This document shows positions 47,950-58,670 of a stretch of 64,000 nucleotides of DNA, one piece after another (position 1 is the first letter of the stretch; each line of letters begins with the position of its first letter). The stretch covers positions 2,382,419 through 2,446,418 of the forward strand of contig OZ242211.1 of the NCBI GenBank assembly GCA_965206345.1, written 5' to 3'. Under the pieces are notes generated by a model, which ran no database searches, was not told where the DNA came from, and worked only from the letters and a program-made list of their open reading frames with translations. This stretch comes from Arenicellales bacterium. GTDB taxonomy: Bacteria; Pseudomonadota; Gammaproteobacteria; Arenicellales; JAJDZL01. The position numbers and the translations under genes were made by a program.

Positions 47950-50313
47950 ATGAGTGGTACCGGAATTGGCGCCTCCGTGCGTCGAAAAGAAGACCTGAGA
48001 TTTGTCCGTGGTGCAGGTAAATACACTGACGATATGAATTTACCGGGTCAGGCTTATGCGTACATTCTGCGCTCCCCCCATGCTCACGCTACCATCAAAT
48101 CGATTGACACATCGGCAGCTGCAAGCAGTGATGGAGTTGTCGCTTTGTATACGTCCGAAGATATGGCTGCGGTTGGTGGCATTCCTTGCGGCTGGCAAGT
48201 GCACGGTAAAGATGGCAGCCCGATGCATGAACCGAAGCATCCGGCTCTGGCTGAAGGCAAAGTGAGGCATGTGGGAGATCCCGTAGCAGCCGTTATCGCT
48301 GAGTCGCGTGACCAGGCTCGAGATGCGGCGGAAATGATCGATGTTGACTACGATGTGCTGGAAGCCGTCTTGGATATGAATCAGGCCATTACAGATGATT
48401 CACCCAATGTTCATGATGATGCAGGCACTAATGTTTGCTATGACTGGGCCTTGGGAGACCCGGATGTAGTCAACGAAGCTTTCTCCGACGCTGCACATGT
48501 TGCAAAACTGGACCTCATCAATAATCGCCTGATTCCGAATGCAATGGAACCGCGTTGCGCCATTGGTGATTTTGACCAAGCCTCCGGGCAATACACGCTG
48601 CACACCACCAGCCAGAATCCTCACGTCATTCGACTGCTGATGGGTGCTTTCGTTCTGGGAATTCCAGAGCACAAGCTGCGCGTTAATGCTCCGGATGTTG
48701 GTGGTGGATTTGGCTCGAAAATTTATCACTATGCGGAAGAAGCGATCGTAACCTGGTCGGCTGCTCAACTCAACAGACCGGTCAAGTGGACTGCAGATCG
48801 AAGTGAGTCCTTTATTTCGGATGCTCATGGGCGAGATCACGTAACTTCGGTCGAACTGGCACTCGATGAAAACGGAAAATTTCTCGCACTTCGCGCGTCG
48901 ACCCTTGCCAATATGGGTGCATATTTGTCAACTTTCGCACCGTGTGTTCCAACCTACCTGCATGCTACATTGCTGGCGGGACAATATTCGACTCCATTGG
49001 TCTATTGTGAAATAAAGGCGGTGTTTACCAATACTGTTCCGGTTGATGCTTATCGTGGCGCAGGACGGCCTGAAGCAACTTATTTGCTTGAGCGAATCGT
49101 TCAGGTTGCTGCCGATCAACTGGGATTGGATCCAATGGAAATACGACGACGCAACTTCATTCAGCCCGACCAGTTTCCATATCAGACACCTGTCGCACTG
49201 GTGTACGATACTGGCGACTATGAGTCGAGTCTGAACAAAGCACTTGAGTCCTCGGATTACGCTAGTTTTGCAGCCCGAAAAGAAGCTTCAAAAGCAGCGG
49301 GTAAGTTGCGGGGAATTGGAGTTTCCTCCTATATCGAAGCCTGCGGAATTGCACCGTCCAATGTTGTTGGTTCACTTGGTGCAAGAGCTGGACTTTATGA
49401 AGCAGCAACGATTCGAGTCAATCCAACTGGATCGATTAGTGTGCTGACAGGTTCGCACTCGCACGGTCAGGGTCATGAAACAACATTTGCACAAGTGGTT
49501 TCTGAAAAGCTGGGAGTTGATATTGACAGCGTCGAAATCGTTCACGGTGACACCGACAAAATTCCATTTGGAATGGGTACTTACGGTTCACGTTCAATCG
49601 CAGTGGGCGGCACGGCAATTGTGAATGCGCTTGACAAAATTATTGCCAAGGGCAAAAAGATTGCTGCACACCTGCTTGAAGCGTCTGAATCGGATATCGA
49701 GTTTGAAAACGGAAGTTTTGTGGTGCCGGGAACCGACAAAGCAAAGGCTTTTGGTGAAATTGCCCTCACTGCTTACGTTCCTCATCAATATCCATTAGAG
49801 GATTTGGAACCCGGGCTCGAAGAAACCGCATTTTACGATCCGAAAAATTTCACATTTCCGGCCGGAACTTATATCTGCGAGGTTGAAGTCGACCCGGAAA
49901 CTGGTGTTGTGGATATCGCAAGCTTTCACGCAACAGACGATTTTGGAACGGTAATTAATCCGATGATTGTGGAAGGTCAAGTACATGGTGGACTCGTTCA
50001 GGGTATTGGACAGGCTTTGCTGGAATCAGCTGCCTATGATGAAAATGGGCAGTTGCTATCCGGTTCGTATATGGACTACACCATGCCGCGAGCCTCTGAT
50101 GTGCCTTCATTCTCAGTAGACACGACTGTTACGGTATGTGGGCATAATCCGCTAGGCGTGAAGGGCTGTGGTGAAGCCGGTGCAATCGGATCGCCGCCAG
50201 CGGTAATTAATGCAATTTTGAATGCGCTAGCTGAAGTTGGCGTCACCAATATCGACATGCCTGCGACACCGCATCGGGTCTGGCAGGCCATTCGAAATGC
50301 TCAGGCTTCCTGA
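47950..50313 (+). CDS. coxL: Molybdenum hydroxylase large subunit, form II CoxL
   Basis: GGGFGSK, AYRGAGR active-site motif (form II rather than form I AYxCSFR), QGHETT and KGCGEAG. Confidence 0.92.
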   Translation: MSGTGIGASVRRKEDLRFVRGAGKYTDDMNLPGQAYAYILRSPHAHATIKSIDTSAAASSDGVVALYTSEDMAAVGGIPCGWQVHGKDGSPMHEPKHPALAEGKVRHVGDPVAAVIAESRDQARDAAEMIDVDYDVLEAVLDMNQAITDDSPNVHDDAGTNVCYDWALGDPDVVNEAFSDAAHVAKLDLINNRLIPNAMEPRCAIGDFDQASGQYTLHTTSQNPHVIRLLMGAFVLGIPEHKLRVNAPDVGGGFGSKIYHYAEEAIVTWSAAQLNRPVKWTADRSESFISDAHGRDHVTSVELALDENGKFLALRASTLANMGAYLSTFAPCVPTYLHATLLAGQYSTPLVYCEIKAVFTNTVPVDAYRGAGRPEATYLLERIVQVAADQLGLDPMEIRRRNFIQPDQFPYQTPVALVYDTGDYESSLNKALESSDYASFAARKEASKAAGKLRGIGVSSYIEACGIAPSNVVGSLGARAGLYEAATIRVNPTGSISVLTGSHSHGQGHETTFAQVVSEKLGVDIDSVEIVHGDTDKIPFGMGTYGSRSIAVGGTAIVNALDKIIAKGKKIAAHLLEASESDIEFENGSFVVPGTDKAKAFGEIALTAYVPHQYPLEDLEPGLEETAFYDPKNFTFPAGTYICEVEVDPETGVVDIASFHATDDFGTVINPMIVEGQVHGGLVQGIGQALLESAAYDENGQLLSGSYMDYTMPRASDVPSFSVDTTVTVCGHNPLGVKGCGEAGAIGSPPAVINAILNALAEVGVTNIDMPATPHRVWQAIRNAQAS

Positions 50314-50327
50314 AAGGAGGAGTAATC

Positions 50328-51131
50328 ATGTATTCATTTGACTACAAATATCCATCAAGTCTGAGCGAAGCAGTTAGAATGCTGCAAAGCTTGGATGACG
50401 GATTGTTGCTCGCTGGGGGACACACGTTGCTGCCGACTATGAAACAGCGACTTGCCTCGGCGAGTGATTTGATCGATCTCGGTGGGGTCAGCGAACTTAA
50501 AGGTATCTCAGTGTCTGAAGACACTGTAACGGTTGGAGCTATGACCACGCATGCAGAAGTTGCTGCGTCATCTGATGTCAGAGGTGCCATACCGGCGCTG
50601 GCAGATCTTGCAGGTGGCATTGGTGACCCGCAGGTTCGAAATGCCGGGACCATTGGTGGTTCTATTGCCAACAGTGACCCGTCAGCCGATTACCCGGCTG
50701 CATTAGTGGGTTTGTGTGCGACAGTAAACACGAACTCGAGATCCATTTCTGCTGAAGATTTTTTCACCGGGATGTTTGAAACCGCACTGGAAGAGAATGA
50801 AATCATCACTTCGGTATCGTTTCATATCCCGAAGTGTGCTGCATATTGCAAGTTTCCAAATCCAGCGTCTCGGTATGCGATTGTCGGAGTCATGTTTGCC
50901 GATTGCAAACATGGACTGCGGGTTGCGGTAACCGGAGCCGGGCCGAGTGTTTTCCGGGTCAGTGAGATGGAATCCGCATTGGCGCAATCGTGTACTGCTT
51001 CTAGCATTGCGGGCATCAGCATCTCAGCCGATGATCTCAACAGTGATATTCATGCGAGCGCGGAGTATCGGGCGCACCTGGTGACTGTCATGGCGAAACG
51101 AGCCGTTGAAAAGGCCTGCGCTTCCTGCTAA
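50328..51131 (+). CDS. coxM: Molybdenum hydroxylase medium (FAD) subunit
   Basis: AGGHTLLPTMKQRL, RNAGTIGGS and ASRYAIVG. Confidence 0.92.
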   Translation: MYSFDYKYPSSLSEAVRMLQSLDDGLLLAGGHTLLPTMKQRLASASDLIDLGGVSELKGISVSEDTVTVGAMTTHAEVAASSDVRGAIPALADLAGGIGDPQVRNAGTIGGSIANSDPSADYPAALVGLCATVNTNSRSISAEDFFTGMFETALEENEIITSVSFHIPKCAAYCKFPNPASRYAIVGVMFADCKHGLRVAVTGAGPSVFRVSEMESALAQSCTASSIAGISISADDLNSDIHASAEYRAHLVTVMAKRAVEKACASC

Positions 51132-51157
51132 TTAGCCTCGGAAATTACAAACCGTTT

Positions 51158-51190
51158 GGGCGCTTGAAACTATTGTGGTTTCAAGCGCCC
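51158..51190. terminator. 13-bp perfect stem-loop between coxM and coxD
   Basis: gggcgcttgaaac-tattgtg-gtttcaagcgccc. Confidence 0.6.
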
Positions 51191-51245
51191 CAGAGCCCTT
51201 CAAATCTGTGATTGTGAGTCATCACTTTCAATCGAATTTTCTTCA

Positions 51246-52160
51246 ATGAACTTTCCTTCCGACATTACCACAACTGAATCGTTACTGGCATCTGGCAACT
51301 ACATTGCAGACAGAAGTCTGGCGACTGCTGTTTACCTGTCTTTGTCACTCGGCAGGCCTCTGTTGTTGGAAGGTGAGGCCGGTGTCGGTAAGACCGAAGT
51401 CGCTAAAGTTCTGTCAGCGACTCTGAACTGTGAGTTTATCCGCCTTCAGTGTTATGAGGGACTTGATGTAGCCTCTGCAGTCTACGAGTGGGACTATTCC
51501 AGGCAGATGATCGAAATTCGTTTGGCGGAAGCAGTGGGCGTGCATGATCGTGCGGCCATTGCCAAAGATATTTACTCTGAAAAATTTTTAATCGCGCGAC
51601 CCTTGTTAAAGGCGTTAAGAGTAGGTATGGGTGGAGCACCACCGGTTCTGCTCATTGATGAAATTGACCGGACAGATGAGCCCTTTGAGGCTTATCTACT
51701 GGAACTGCTTTCCGAGTATCAGATTTCGATTCCTGAAATAGGCACAGTCAAGGCAACACACCCACCCGTAGTCATCATCACGTCGAATCGGACGCGGGAA
51801 ATACATGATGCACTGAAACGACGGTGTTTCTATCACTGGGTGGATTACCCGGATGCCGATCGAGAACTTGAGATTTTGCGGGTGAAAGCACCAGATACCA
51901 GACTTCAGCTTGCCAGACAAATTGTTGGCTTTGTGCAGAAGTTGCGCGACGAAGATCTCTATAAAGCTCCCGGGGTCGCTGAGACGATCGATTGGGCACA
52001 TGCGCTGGTACAAATTGATGCGATTGAATTGAAACCTGCAGTGGTTGACAGCACTCTTGGTGTGCTATTGAAATATCAGGATGATCTCGAAAAAATTCGC
52101 GGTTCTGAAGCAGCTCGTCTGCTGGAAGCCATACCCGTCGCCGCTGGCATCAACGCGTAA
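51246..52160 (+). CDS. coxD: MoxR-family AAA+ ATPase (CoxD-like)
   Basis: LEGEAGVGKT, LQCYEGLD, LLIDEIDR and ALKRRC. Confidence 0.88.
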   Translation: MNFPSDITTTESLLASGNYIADRSLATAVYLSLSLGRPLLLEGEAGVGKTEVAKVLSATLNCEFIRLQCYEGLDVASAVYEWDYSRQMIEIRLAEAVGVHDRAAIAKDIYSEKFLIARPLLKALRVGMGGAPPVLLIDEIDRTDEPFEAYLLELLSEYQISIPEIGTVKATHPPVVIITSNRTREIHDALKRRCFYHWVDYPDADRELEILRVKAPDTRLQLARQIVGFVQKLRDEDLYKAPGVAETIDWAHALVQIDAIELKPAVVDSTLGVLLKYQDDLEKIRGSEAARLLEAIPVAAGINA

Positions 52161-52180
52161 ACCGTGAGGGGTGTCGACCA

Positions 52181-53449
52181 GTGGATTCTGCAAACCATGG
52201 TACGTTCGTCAATAACATCGTCTATTTTGGTCGGATTCTAAGAGCTGCGGGTTTGCCGGTAGGAACCGGTAGAATTCTGGATGCGGTTCGCGCGGTTGAA
52301 CTCGTTGGCGTTGCTGACAAGGACGACTTTTATTGGACGTTGCACTCGGTTTTCGTAAGCCATCCGCGACATCGATATCTATTCGAGCAGGCATTTCAGG
52401 TATTCTGGCGGAATCCGAGAATTCTCGAACGTTCAATTTCAGCACTGTTGCCTGAAATACGAGTACCTGAATCTGAAAAATCCACCAAGGAGATAGCTCG
52501 TCGCTTGGCCGAATCAATTTATCCACAACAAGTTTCTGATGATTTATTTGAAGAATTGGAACCTGAGTTTGAGTTTCGGGCGTCAATGACATATAGCGAC
52601 CGGGAACGACTGCAGAGTGTTGACTTTGATACCATGTCGACTGCCGAGATGCAGCAGGCCATACAGGCGATTGCCAATCTCGGAGTGGCGTTTCGTGAAA
52701 TTCCTACCCGCCGGTTCCGTGTGACTGAACTTGGAAAGAAACTTGATATGAGAAATACACTCAGATCAAGTCTGAAAGGACCGGCAGACTTGATCACGCT
52801 GATTAGGAAGAAGCGTCGAATGGAACCGCCGCCGGTAGTGCTGATTTGTGACATTTCAGGTTCGATGAGTGAATATTCGCGGATGATTCTGCATTTTGCA
52901 CATACCCTAATGTTTAACCGAAAACAGGTTTTCTGTTTTGTATTTGGAACGCGGCTGACCAATGTTACCCGGCAGTTGAGAGTTCGCGATGTAGACTGTG
53001 CGTTGGCGGATGTTTCTGAAGCGGTTGAGGACTGGTATGGCGGTACTCGTATCGGAGAGTGCCTGAAGAATTTTAATCAAACCTGGGTGCGTCGATTGCC
53101 ATTGCACAAGGCAACGATACTGCTCGTTACAGACGGGTTAGATCGTTCAGAGTCTGTTGCTCTCACGCCGCAGATTCAAATGCTACATCGTTCTTGCAAA
53201 GAATTAATTTGGCTGAACCCATTGCTTCGCTATACTGAATTTGAGCCAAGAGTAAGTGGTATTCGGGCAATGCTTCCGTATGTTGATGCCTTCCTGCCCG
53301 TGCATAATTTAAACAGTTTGCAGTCTCTAGCTGAAATGTTAAGCCGAAGGTTTAGCGCGCACAATTTGGAACTCAATAAACAAAGGTTGTTTTGGCGACG
53401 GAAATTGCACGATTCGACACCATTTGTTCCTCAGACTTCAGTGAGTTGA
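52181..53449 (+). CDS. coxE: VWA-domain protein (CoxE-like)
   Basis: CDISGSM MIDAS motif, FGTRLT, GGTRIG, VTDGL and WLNPLL. Confidence 0.88.
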   Translation: MDSANHGTFVNNIVYFGRILRAAGLPVGTGRILDAVRAVELVGVADKDDFYWTLHSVFVSHPRHRYLFEQAFQVFWRNPRILERSISALLPEIRVPESEKSTKEIARRLAESIYPQQVSDDLFEELEPEFEFRASMTYSDRERLQSVDFDTMSTAEMQQAIQAIANLGVAFREIPTRRFRVTELGKKLDMRNTLRSSLKGPADLITLIRKKRRMEPPPVVLICDISGSMSEYSRMILHFAHTLMFNRKQVFCFVFGTRLTNVTRQLRVRDVDCALADVSEAVEDWYGGTRIGECLKNFNQTWVRRLPLHKATILLVTDGLDRSESVALTPQIQMLHRSCKELIWLNPLLRYTEFEPRVSGIRAMLPYVDAFLPVHNLNSLQSLAEMLSRRFSAHNLELNKQRLFWRRKLHDSTPFVPQTSVS

Positions 53450-53450
53450 C

Positions 53451-53807
53451 ATGTTGAATAAGGACGAAAAACACTCGACACTGGAAACCGCACTGGTTTG
53501 GTATGAACAGGGGCTAAACGTCGCGATAGCAACGGTTATCTCAACGTGGGGTTCGTCACCACGACCGACTGGCAGTCAGTTAGTAGTCAATGAAGAGCGA
53601 CAGTTTGAAGGTTCGGTATCCGGAGGCTGCGTTGAAACTGCTGTGATTGAAGAGGCAATGGATGTGATGCACACAGGCTTACCACGACTTTTGTCCTATG
53701 GCGTGAGTAATGAACAAGCCTGGGAAGTGGGCTTGGCATGCGGCGGTCAGATTGAAGTTTATGTTGAGCCTTTGTGGGACGATAAATCGGACACCGCGCA
53801 GTTGTGA
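53451..53807 (+). CDS. XdhC/CoxI N-terminal-domain protein
   Basis: TWGSSPRP, GSVSGGCVE and GLACGG. Confidence 0.88.
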   Translation: MLNKDEKHSTLETALVWYEQGLNVAIATVISTWGSSPRPTGSQLVVNEERQFEGSVSGGCVETAVIEEAMDVMHTGLPRLLSYGVSNEQAWEVGLACGGQIEVYVEPLWDDKSDTAQL

Positions 53808-54493
53808 AGGCATCAACACTCAAGACGCTGGTTCAGGCAGAGGAGCAGGGACAGGCGGTTGTGCTTGCAACCTCGCTTGATAATCACACCCAACTGCTAT
53901 TCTTCCCGGAGGCTGCAGAAACGGATGGGCCATTGGGAGTCGCAGTTCGAGATGGGTTTCGAACGGACCGCAGCCGAGTGGTTGAATTTGAAGGAAAGCG
54001 ACATTTTATTCAGGTCATCAATCAGCCCTTAAAGTTGTTAGTTGTAGGTGCAGTTCACATTGCACAGGCACTGATTCCAATGGCTCAGTCCTGTGGATAC
54101 GCGGTGACCTTGATCGATCCAAGAAAGGCGTTTGCGTCCAATAATCGGTTTCCTGGAGTAGCTGTCAGAAACGAGTGGCCAGACAAGGCTTTGAACGCTC
54201 TTGGATTGAATTCAAGAACAGCAGTGGTAACCTTGACGCACGATCCCAAACTTGATGAACCGGCGTTGATCAAGGCACTGAATTCCGATGTATTTTACAT
54301 CGGTGCTTTAGGCAGTCGCAGAACCCACAATGCGCGCTGCGAACGTTTAAGCGAAGCTGGTGTTTCTAAGGAAAAACTTGAACGGATTCACGCGCCGATT
54401 GGCTTGGATATCGGCGCAAATTCACCCGCTGAGATCGCAGTCTCCATAATGGGTGAGATTACATCAGCGCTTAGAGTGAGAGTGAATCAATGA
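53804..54493 (+). CDS. XdhC/CoxF C-terminal (Rossmann) domain protein
   Basis: VGAVHIAQAL, THDPKLD, YIGALGS and PIGLDIGA; GTGA overlap with the upstream ORF. Confidence 0.88.
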   Translation: MKASTLKTLVQAEEQGQAVVLATSLDNHTQLLFFPEAAETDGPLGVAVRDGFRTDRSRVVEFEGKRHFIQVINQPLKLLVVGAVHIAQALIPMAQSCGYAVTLIDPRKAFASNNRFPGVAVRNEWPDKALNALGLNSRTAVVTLTHDPKLDEPALIKALNSDVFYIGALGSRRTHNARCERLSEAGVSKEKLERIHAPIGLDIGANSPAEIAVSIMGEITSALRVRVNQ

Positions 54494-56151
54494 AGTTCGG
54501 GAGAATTCCGACTACTGAAGGAGTGGGCGCCATTCTTGGAGCTCCACTTTCGGTTCTGGGCAAGAAATGGAAAAAAGGTCGAGAACTCACTCGTTACGAT
54601 ATCGAAGTGCTACTGAGCCAGAATTTTGACAGCATAGTTGTTGCACGAATGGAAGACAGTGATGTCAGTGAAGATGCTGCTGCAGAGGCTATCGCACGGG
54701 TGATTTGTGGCGATGGACTTGAAGTTCGGTCAGCTGCCACCGGACGTTGTAATCTCTACGCAAAACATCGTGGTCTGCTGCAACTGCGTTCTGACCGCAT
54801 ACATGCAATCAATTCAGTTGATGAGGCGTTCACAATTGCAACTCTTCCAAATTACAGCACCGTTTATGCTGGCAGGTTGGTCGTTTCTGTCAAAATCATT
54901 CCGTATGCTGTTGACCGCGCACTGTTAAATGAATGCGTCACTGAGGCAAGCTTTGGAGTGCCTCCGATCAATGTATTCAAGTTTCAATCACTGTCGATCG
55001 GTTTAATTCAGACACAGACTGACTGGTTTGCACAGAAGTTGCTGGATAAGGGTAAATCAATGCTTGAGAGCAGGGCGGAACTTGTTGGATCTGAGATCAC
55101 GGAGTACGAAGTTTGTGAACATCATGAAGATGCGATTTCTAAACTAATTGTAGAGTACGGTAAGAAAAATTTGGATCTCATACTTCTGCTTGGCGCGTCG
55201 GCAATTCAGGATCGGGAAGATGTCATTCCCAAAGCCATTGTTAATGCGGGTGGTCGAATTGAACATCTAGGGATGCCAGTCGATCCCGGAAACCTGCTGC
55301 TGACGGCGAAGTACAGAAAAATCGATGTTTTGGGACTGCCTGGATGCGTACGGTCACCGAAACGGAATGGGTTCGATTTCGTGTTTGAACGACTGACAGC
55401 CGGGCTTGAAGTGTTGCCGGAAGATATCATGTTTATGGGTATTGGTGGGATAATTCCTGAACCACCCAAACGTCCGGCACGACGTACAGTTGTTGATTCT
55501 TCTGAGTTGTCAGGCGAAATGAATGTCGCTGCTATCGTATTGGCAGCCGGTCAGTCAACACGTATGGGAGAGCAGAACAAACTGTTTCTCAAAGTGGGAG
55601 AGCGCAGCATGATTCAGCAGGTGGTAGCCAACCTGACTGATTCAGCAGTAGACAGAGTATTTGTAGTGACTGGCCATGATAGAGATCGAGTGCGAGAAGA
55701 ATTGCAGGGTGCATCGGTTACGTTCATACACAACAGCGAATATGCAAAAGGCCTTAGCACTTCGCTTCGGACAGCTTTGGCGCAACTACCAAAGAAGATT
55801 ACTGCAGCGTTGATTTGTTTGGGAGACATGCCGTTTGTTGGAAGTGCTAATGTCAATGCACTGATTTCTGCATTTGATCCGGCCAATCAGCAAACAATAT
55901 GTGTGCCAACTTTTCGGGGCAAGCGTGGCAATCCGGTGTTATGGGGAAGAAATTATTTTCAGCAGATAATGGAAATTCAGGGGGATGTTGGTGCCAAGCA
56001 CATCATTGGTGAGTACGAGAATTGTGTAGTCGAAGTTGAAATGCGTGATATTGGCGTGCTAACTGATTTTGATACACCGGAAGCATATGCCAAGTTTGGT
56101 GTCAATCAGGAAAAGGAAGAATCAAGTGTCGCGGTAGAGGAGCCCTCCTAA
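54490..56151 (+). CDS. Molybdopterin-binding domain fused to MocA-like molybdenum cofactor cytidylyltransferase
   Basis: N-terminal MoeA-like region (GMPVDPGNLL, GLPGCVRSP) and a C-terminal NTP-transferase (LAAGQSTRMG..NKL, LGDMP, GNPV). Confidence 0.82.
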   Translation: MKFGRIPTTEGVGAILGAPLSVLGKKWKKGRELTRYDIEVLLSQNFDSIVVARMEDSDVSEDAAAEAIARVICGDGLEVRSAATGRCNLYAKHRGLLQLRSDRIHAINSVDEAFTIATLPNYSTVYAGRLVVSVKIIPYAVDRALLNECVTEASFGVPPINVFKFQSLSIGLIQTQTDWFAQKLLDKGKSMLESRAELVGSEITEYEVCEHHEDAISKLIVEYGKKNLDLILLLGASAIQDREDVIPKAIVNAGGRIEHLGMPVDPGNLLLTAKYRKIDVLGLPGCVRSPKRNGFDFVFERLTAGLEVLPEDIMFMGIGGIIPEPPKRPARRTVVDSSELSGEMNVAAIVLAAGQSTRMGEQNKLFLKVGERSMIQQVVANLTDSAVDRVFVVTGHDRDRVREELQGASVTFIHNSEYAKGLSTSLRTALAQLPKKITAALICLGDMPFVGSANVNALISAFDPANQQTICVPTFRGKRGNPVLWGRNYFQQIMEIQGDVGAKHIIGEYENCVVEVEMRDIGVLTDFDTPEAYAKFGVNQEKEESSVAVEEPS

Positions 56152-56165
56152 CGGGAAATTCAGCG

Positions 56166-56960
56166 ATGGAAAACGAGATTTATTGGCGATTGGGTATGTT
56201 TTTTGGATTGCTTTTGACAATGGCACTTTGGGAAACGATCAGTCCGCGGCGACAGTGGCAGCTGTCAAGAGGTGCGAGATGGCTTAATCATTTGACGCTT
56301 TCCGTAGTCAATACGCTTGTCGTTCGAATTCTGATTCCAACGACTGTCGCAGCATTTGCGCTCATTCTCGAAGGCCGAGGAATTGGACTGCTGAATTGGC
56401 TGAATCTTCCAGTTTGGCTTTCGGTTCTGGCTGGAGTTTTACTGTTGGATCTTGCCATCTATGCTCAGCACTACTGGTTCCACAAAATTGATTTCTTCTG
56501 GCGATTTCACAGGATGCATCATACTGATTTAGATTGTGATGTCACCACAGGTGTGCGGTTTCATCCAGTAGAGATTGTTATCTCTATGATCATTAAATTT
56601 GCTGTGGTCGCGGTCATCGGTGCGCCAGCACTCGCCGTTGTCTTGTTTGAAATTTTGCTGAATGCCACTTCCATGTTCAATCATAGCAACGTCAAGATGG
56701 CACATGTTTTGGATCGAGGGCTAAGATCTGTAATTGTGACCCCCGACATGCACCGGGTACATCATTCAATTATTCGAAACGAGACTGACAGTAACTTTGG
56801 ATTTAATCTGTCGGTCTGGGACCGAATCTTCGGAACTTATCGAGCCCAGCCGGAAGAGGGACATCTGGGCATGACGATTGGCTTGCCGATTTATCGCGAT
56901 GAAATTGAAAATCGACTGGATCGGTTAATCACCCAGCCGTTCAGAAAAATCGAAACTTAA
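56166..56960 (+). CDS. Sterol desaturase / fatty acid hydroxylase family protein
   Basis: HYWFH, HRMHH and HRVHH His boxes plus NFGFNLSVWDRIFGTY. Confidence 0.88.
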   Translation: MENEIYWRLGMFFGLLLTMALWETISPRRQWQLSRGARWLNHLTLSVVNTLVVRILIPTTVAAFALILEGRGIGLLNWLNLPVWLSVLAGVLLLDLAIYAQHYWFHKIDFFWRFHRMHHTDLDCDVTTGVRFHPVEIVISMIIKFAVVAVIGAPALAVVLFEILLNATSMFNHSNVKMAHVLDRGLRSVIVTPDMHRVHHSIIRNETDSNFGFNLSVWDRIFGTYRAQPEEGHLGMTIGLPIYRDEIENRLDRLITQPFRKIET

Positions 56961-58303
56961 GCTGCAGCAGCAGTGATTTCGGCCATGCTGTCATCAATTG
57001 ACTGGCTCATTTTTTCGACGATTTCATCAACGATGGCTTCATTGATGATGAAGGCCGGTGCCAACATGACGTGATTACCGCGTATGCCATCTATGCTTCC
57101 TCCTCCCGTATAGCACATGAGTCCGTTGCGTTCTGCGTTCCGTTTCAGCACGGAGTGGAAGAGAAGGTTTGGATCGAGTGGCTCTTTGCTTGTCTTATCT
57201 GCGACAAATTCTATTCCGATAAAGAGTCCTCGTCCTCTAATGTCACCGACGTTTGAATGGGAACCAAGTTCTGATCTCAGTTTTGCAATCAGGTTCTCGC
57301 CTTGGATTCGGACGTTTTCCAATAGATTTTCTGACTCAATTGTGTTCACTACAGCTAGTGATGCAGCACAGGCGATGGCGTGTCCCATGTATGTGTGACT
57401 TTGCATCAATGCACCACTGCCGCCATGAACCGCTTGGTAGATTGACTGAGAGACGATCGTAGCGGCAATTGGCTGGTAACCTGCTCCCAGTCCTTTGGCC
57501 AGTATTACCATATCGGGCACGATTGCGTCTTGCGTGAAGCTGAAAAACGTACCGGTCCGTCCCGAACCGCACATGACTTCATCAAGAATTAACAAAATGC
57601 CATACTGATCACAAATATCCCGGATACGCTTCAGGTACCCCGGTACTGGTGGAAGCACGCCAGCGGTAGCGCCACCCACTGTTTCGGCGACGAATCCAAT
57701 GACTCTGTCAGCCCCGAGTTCAAGAATTTTCTCTTCCAGTTCATTTGCAATCCGAATCCCATACTCATGCGTGGACTCATTCTCCCGCTGTTCCCGGTAG
57801 GGAAAGCATGGAGCGATTGTGTGATGATCGGAGTGGAGCATAGGCAGATACGGTCTGCGACGCGCTACGTGGCTGCCGACAGATAGTGCGCCAAGTGTGT
57901 TACCGTGAAAACTCTGGCGACGAGAAATCAAGAATTTTCTGCTGGTTTCTCCCGTCTCAACAAAATACTGTCGAGCGAGTTTGAATGCTGTCTCCATTGC
58001 TTCAGAACCGCCGGATAGAAATACAACATGATCCAGTGGTGTCGGTGCCAGATCAGCCAGCTTCTCAGCCAGTGATTCAGCGGTAAACGAAGTGAAGAAT
58101 TCCGAATGAATATAAGCAAGTTCAGCAGCCTGTTTTCGAATGGCCTCTATAGGGGCGGGATGGTTATAACCAAGACAGGATACGGCTGCACCACCGCAGG
58201 CATCTAGATATTGGCGATTATTCTCATCGTAAACGTAAACGCCTTCACCTCGGATGGCTGTTGGCGGAGTGTGGATCGGATGGCGGTGGATGATCTTTGT
58301 CAT
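56957..58303 (-). CDS. Class III PLP aminotransferase (DACGGAAVSCLG subgroup)
   Basis: SGGSEA, SFHGNTLG, DEVMCGSGRTG and AKGLGAGYQP. Confidence 0.88.
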   Translation of the reverse strand: MTKIIHRHPIHTPPTAIRGEGVYVYDENNRQYLDACGGAAVSCLGYNHPAPIEAIRKQAAELAYIHSEFFTSFTAESLAEKLADLAPTPLDHVVFLSGGSEAMETAFKLARQYFVETGETSRKFLISRRQSFHGNTLGALSVGSHVARRRPYLPMLHSDHHTIAPCFPYREQRENESTHEYGIRIANELEEKILELGADRVIGFVAETVGGATAGVLPPVPGYLKRIRDICDQYGILLILDEVMCGSGRTGTFFSFTQDAIVPDMVILAKGLGAGYQPIAATIVSQSIYQAVHGGSGALMQSHTYMGHAIACAASLAVVNTIESENLLENVRIQGENLIAKLRSELGSHSNVGDIRGRGLFIGIEFVADKTSKEPLDPNLLFHSVLKRNAERNGLMCYTGGGSIDGIRGNHVMLAPAFIINEAIVDEIVEKMSQSIDDSMAEITAAAA

Positions 58304-58670
58304 GATGGTAATTTCTGAAATGAATTGATGATTGGCAGAATGGTTTCTTTGCTTGCAAATTTGTCGAACAAATCAAGGTATTAATTGGCTGAAATTATAT
58401 TGAACAGTATGGCTTGCGAATTGATCGTAAATTCAATTTCAGCTTTCAAGATTCACTTTGAGATCATTTGACTTGAATCCAGCTGAGCAATATTACCGGT
58501 ACAGTCAACTTTATGTTTTTTACCTCGTCAGCCAATCCCTAATCAACTTAACTTCACGCGCCTGACACGACTTGAAACTCCTTTAGAGTGTTGCTCAATA
58601 ACACATAATGTGCGGGAGTTTTAGCCAGTTAAAACTGTACGAATAATCTTAAACCAAAGTATAGAGACTC

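Noticed and set aside
47950-50313. True aerobic CO dehydrogenase (form I)
   Set aside because: The active-site loop is AYRGAGR and the gene order is S-L-M, both diagnostic of form II.
53451-54493. xdhC broken by a frameshift (pseudogene)
   Set aside because: The split falls at the domain boundary with a GTGA start/stop overlap, consistent with a natural two-gene arrangement.
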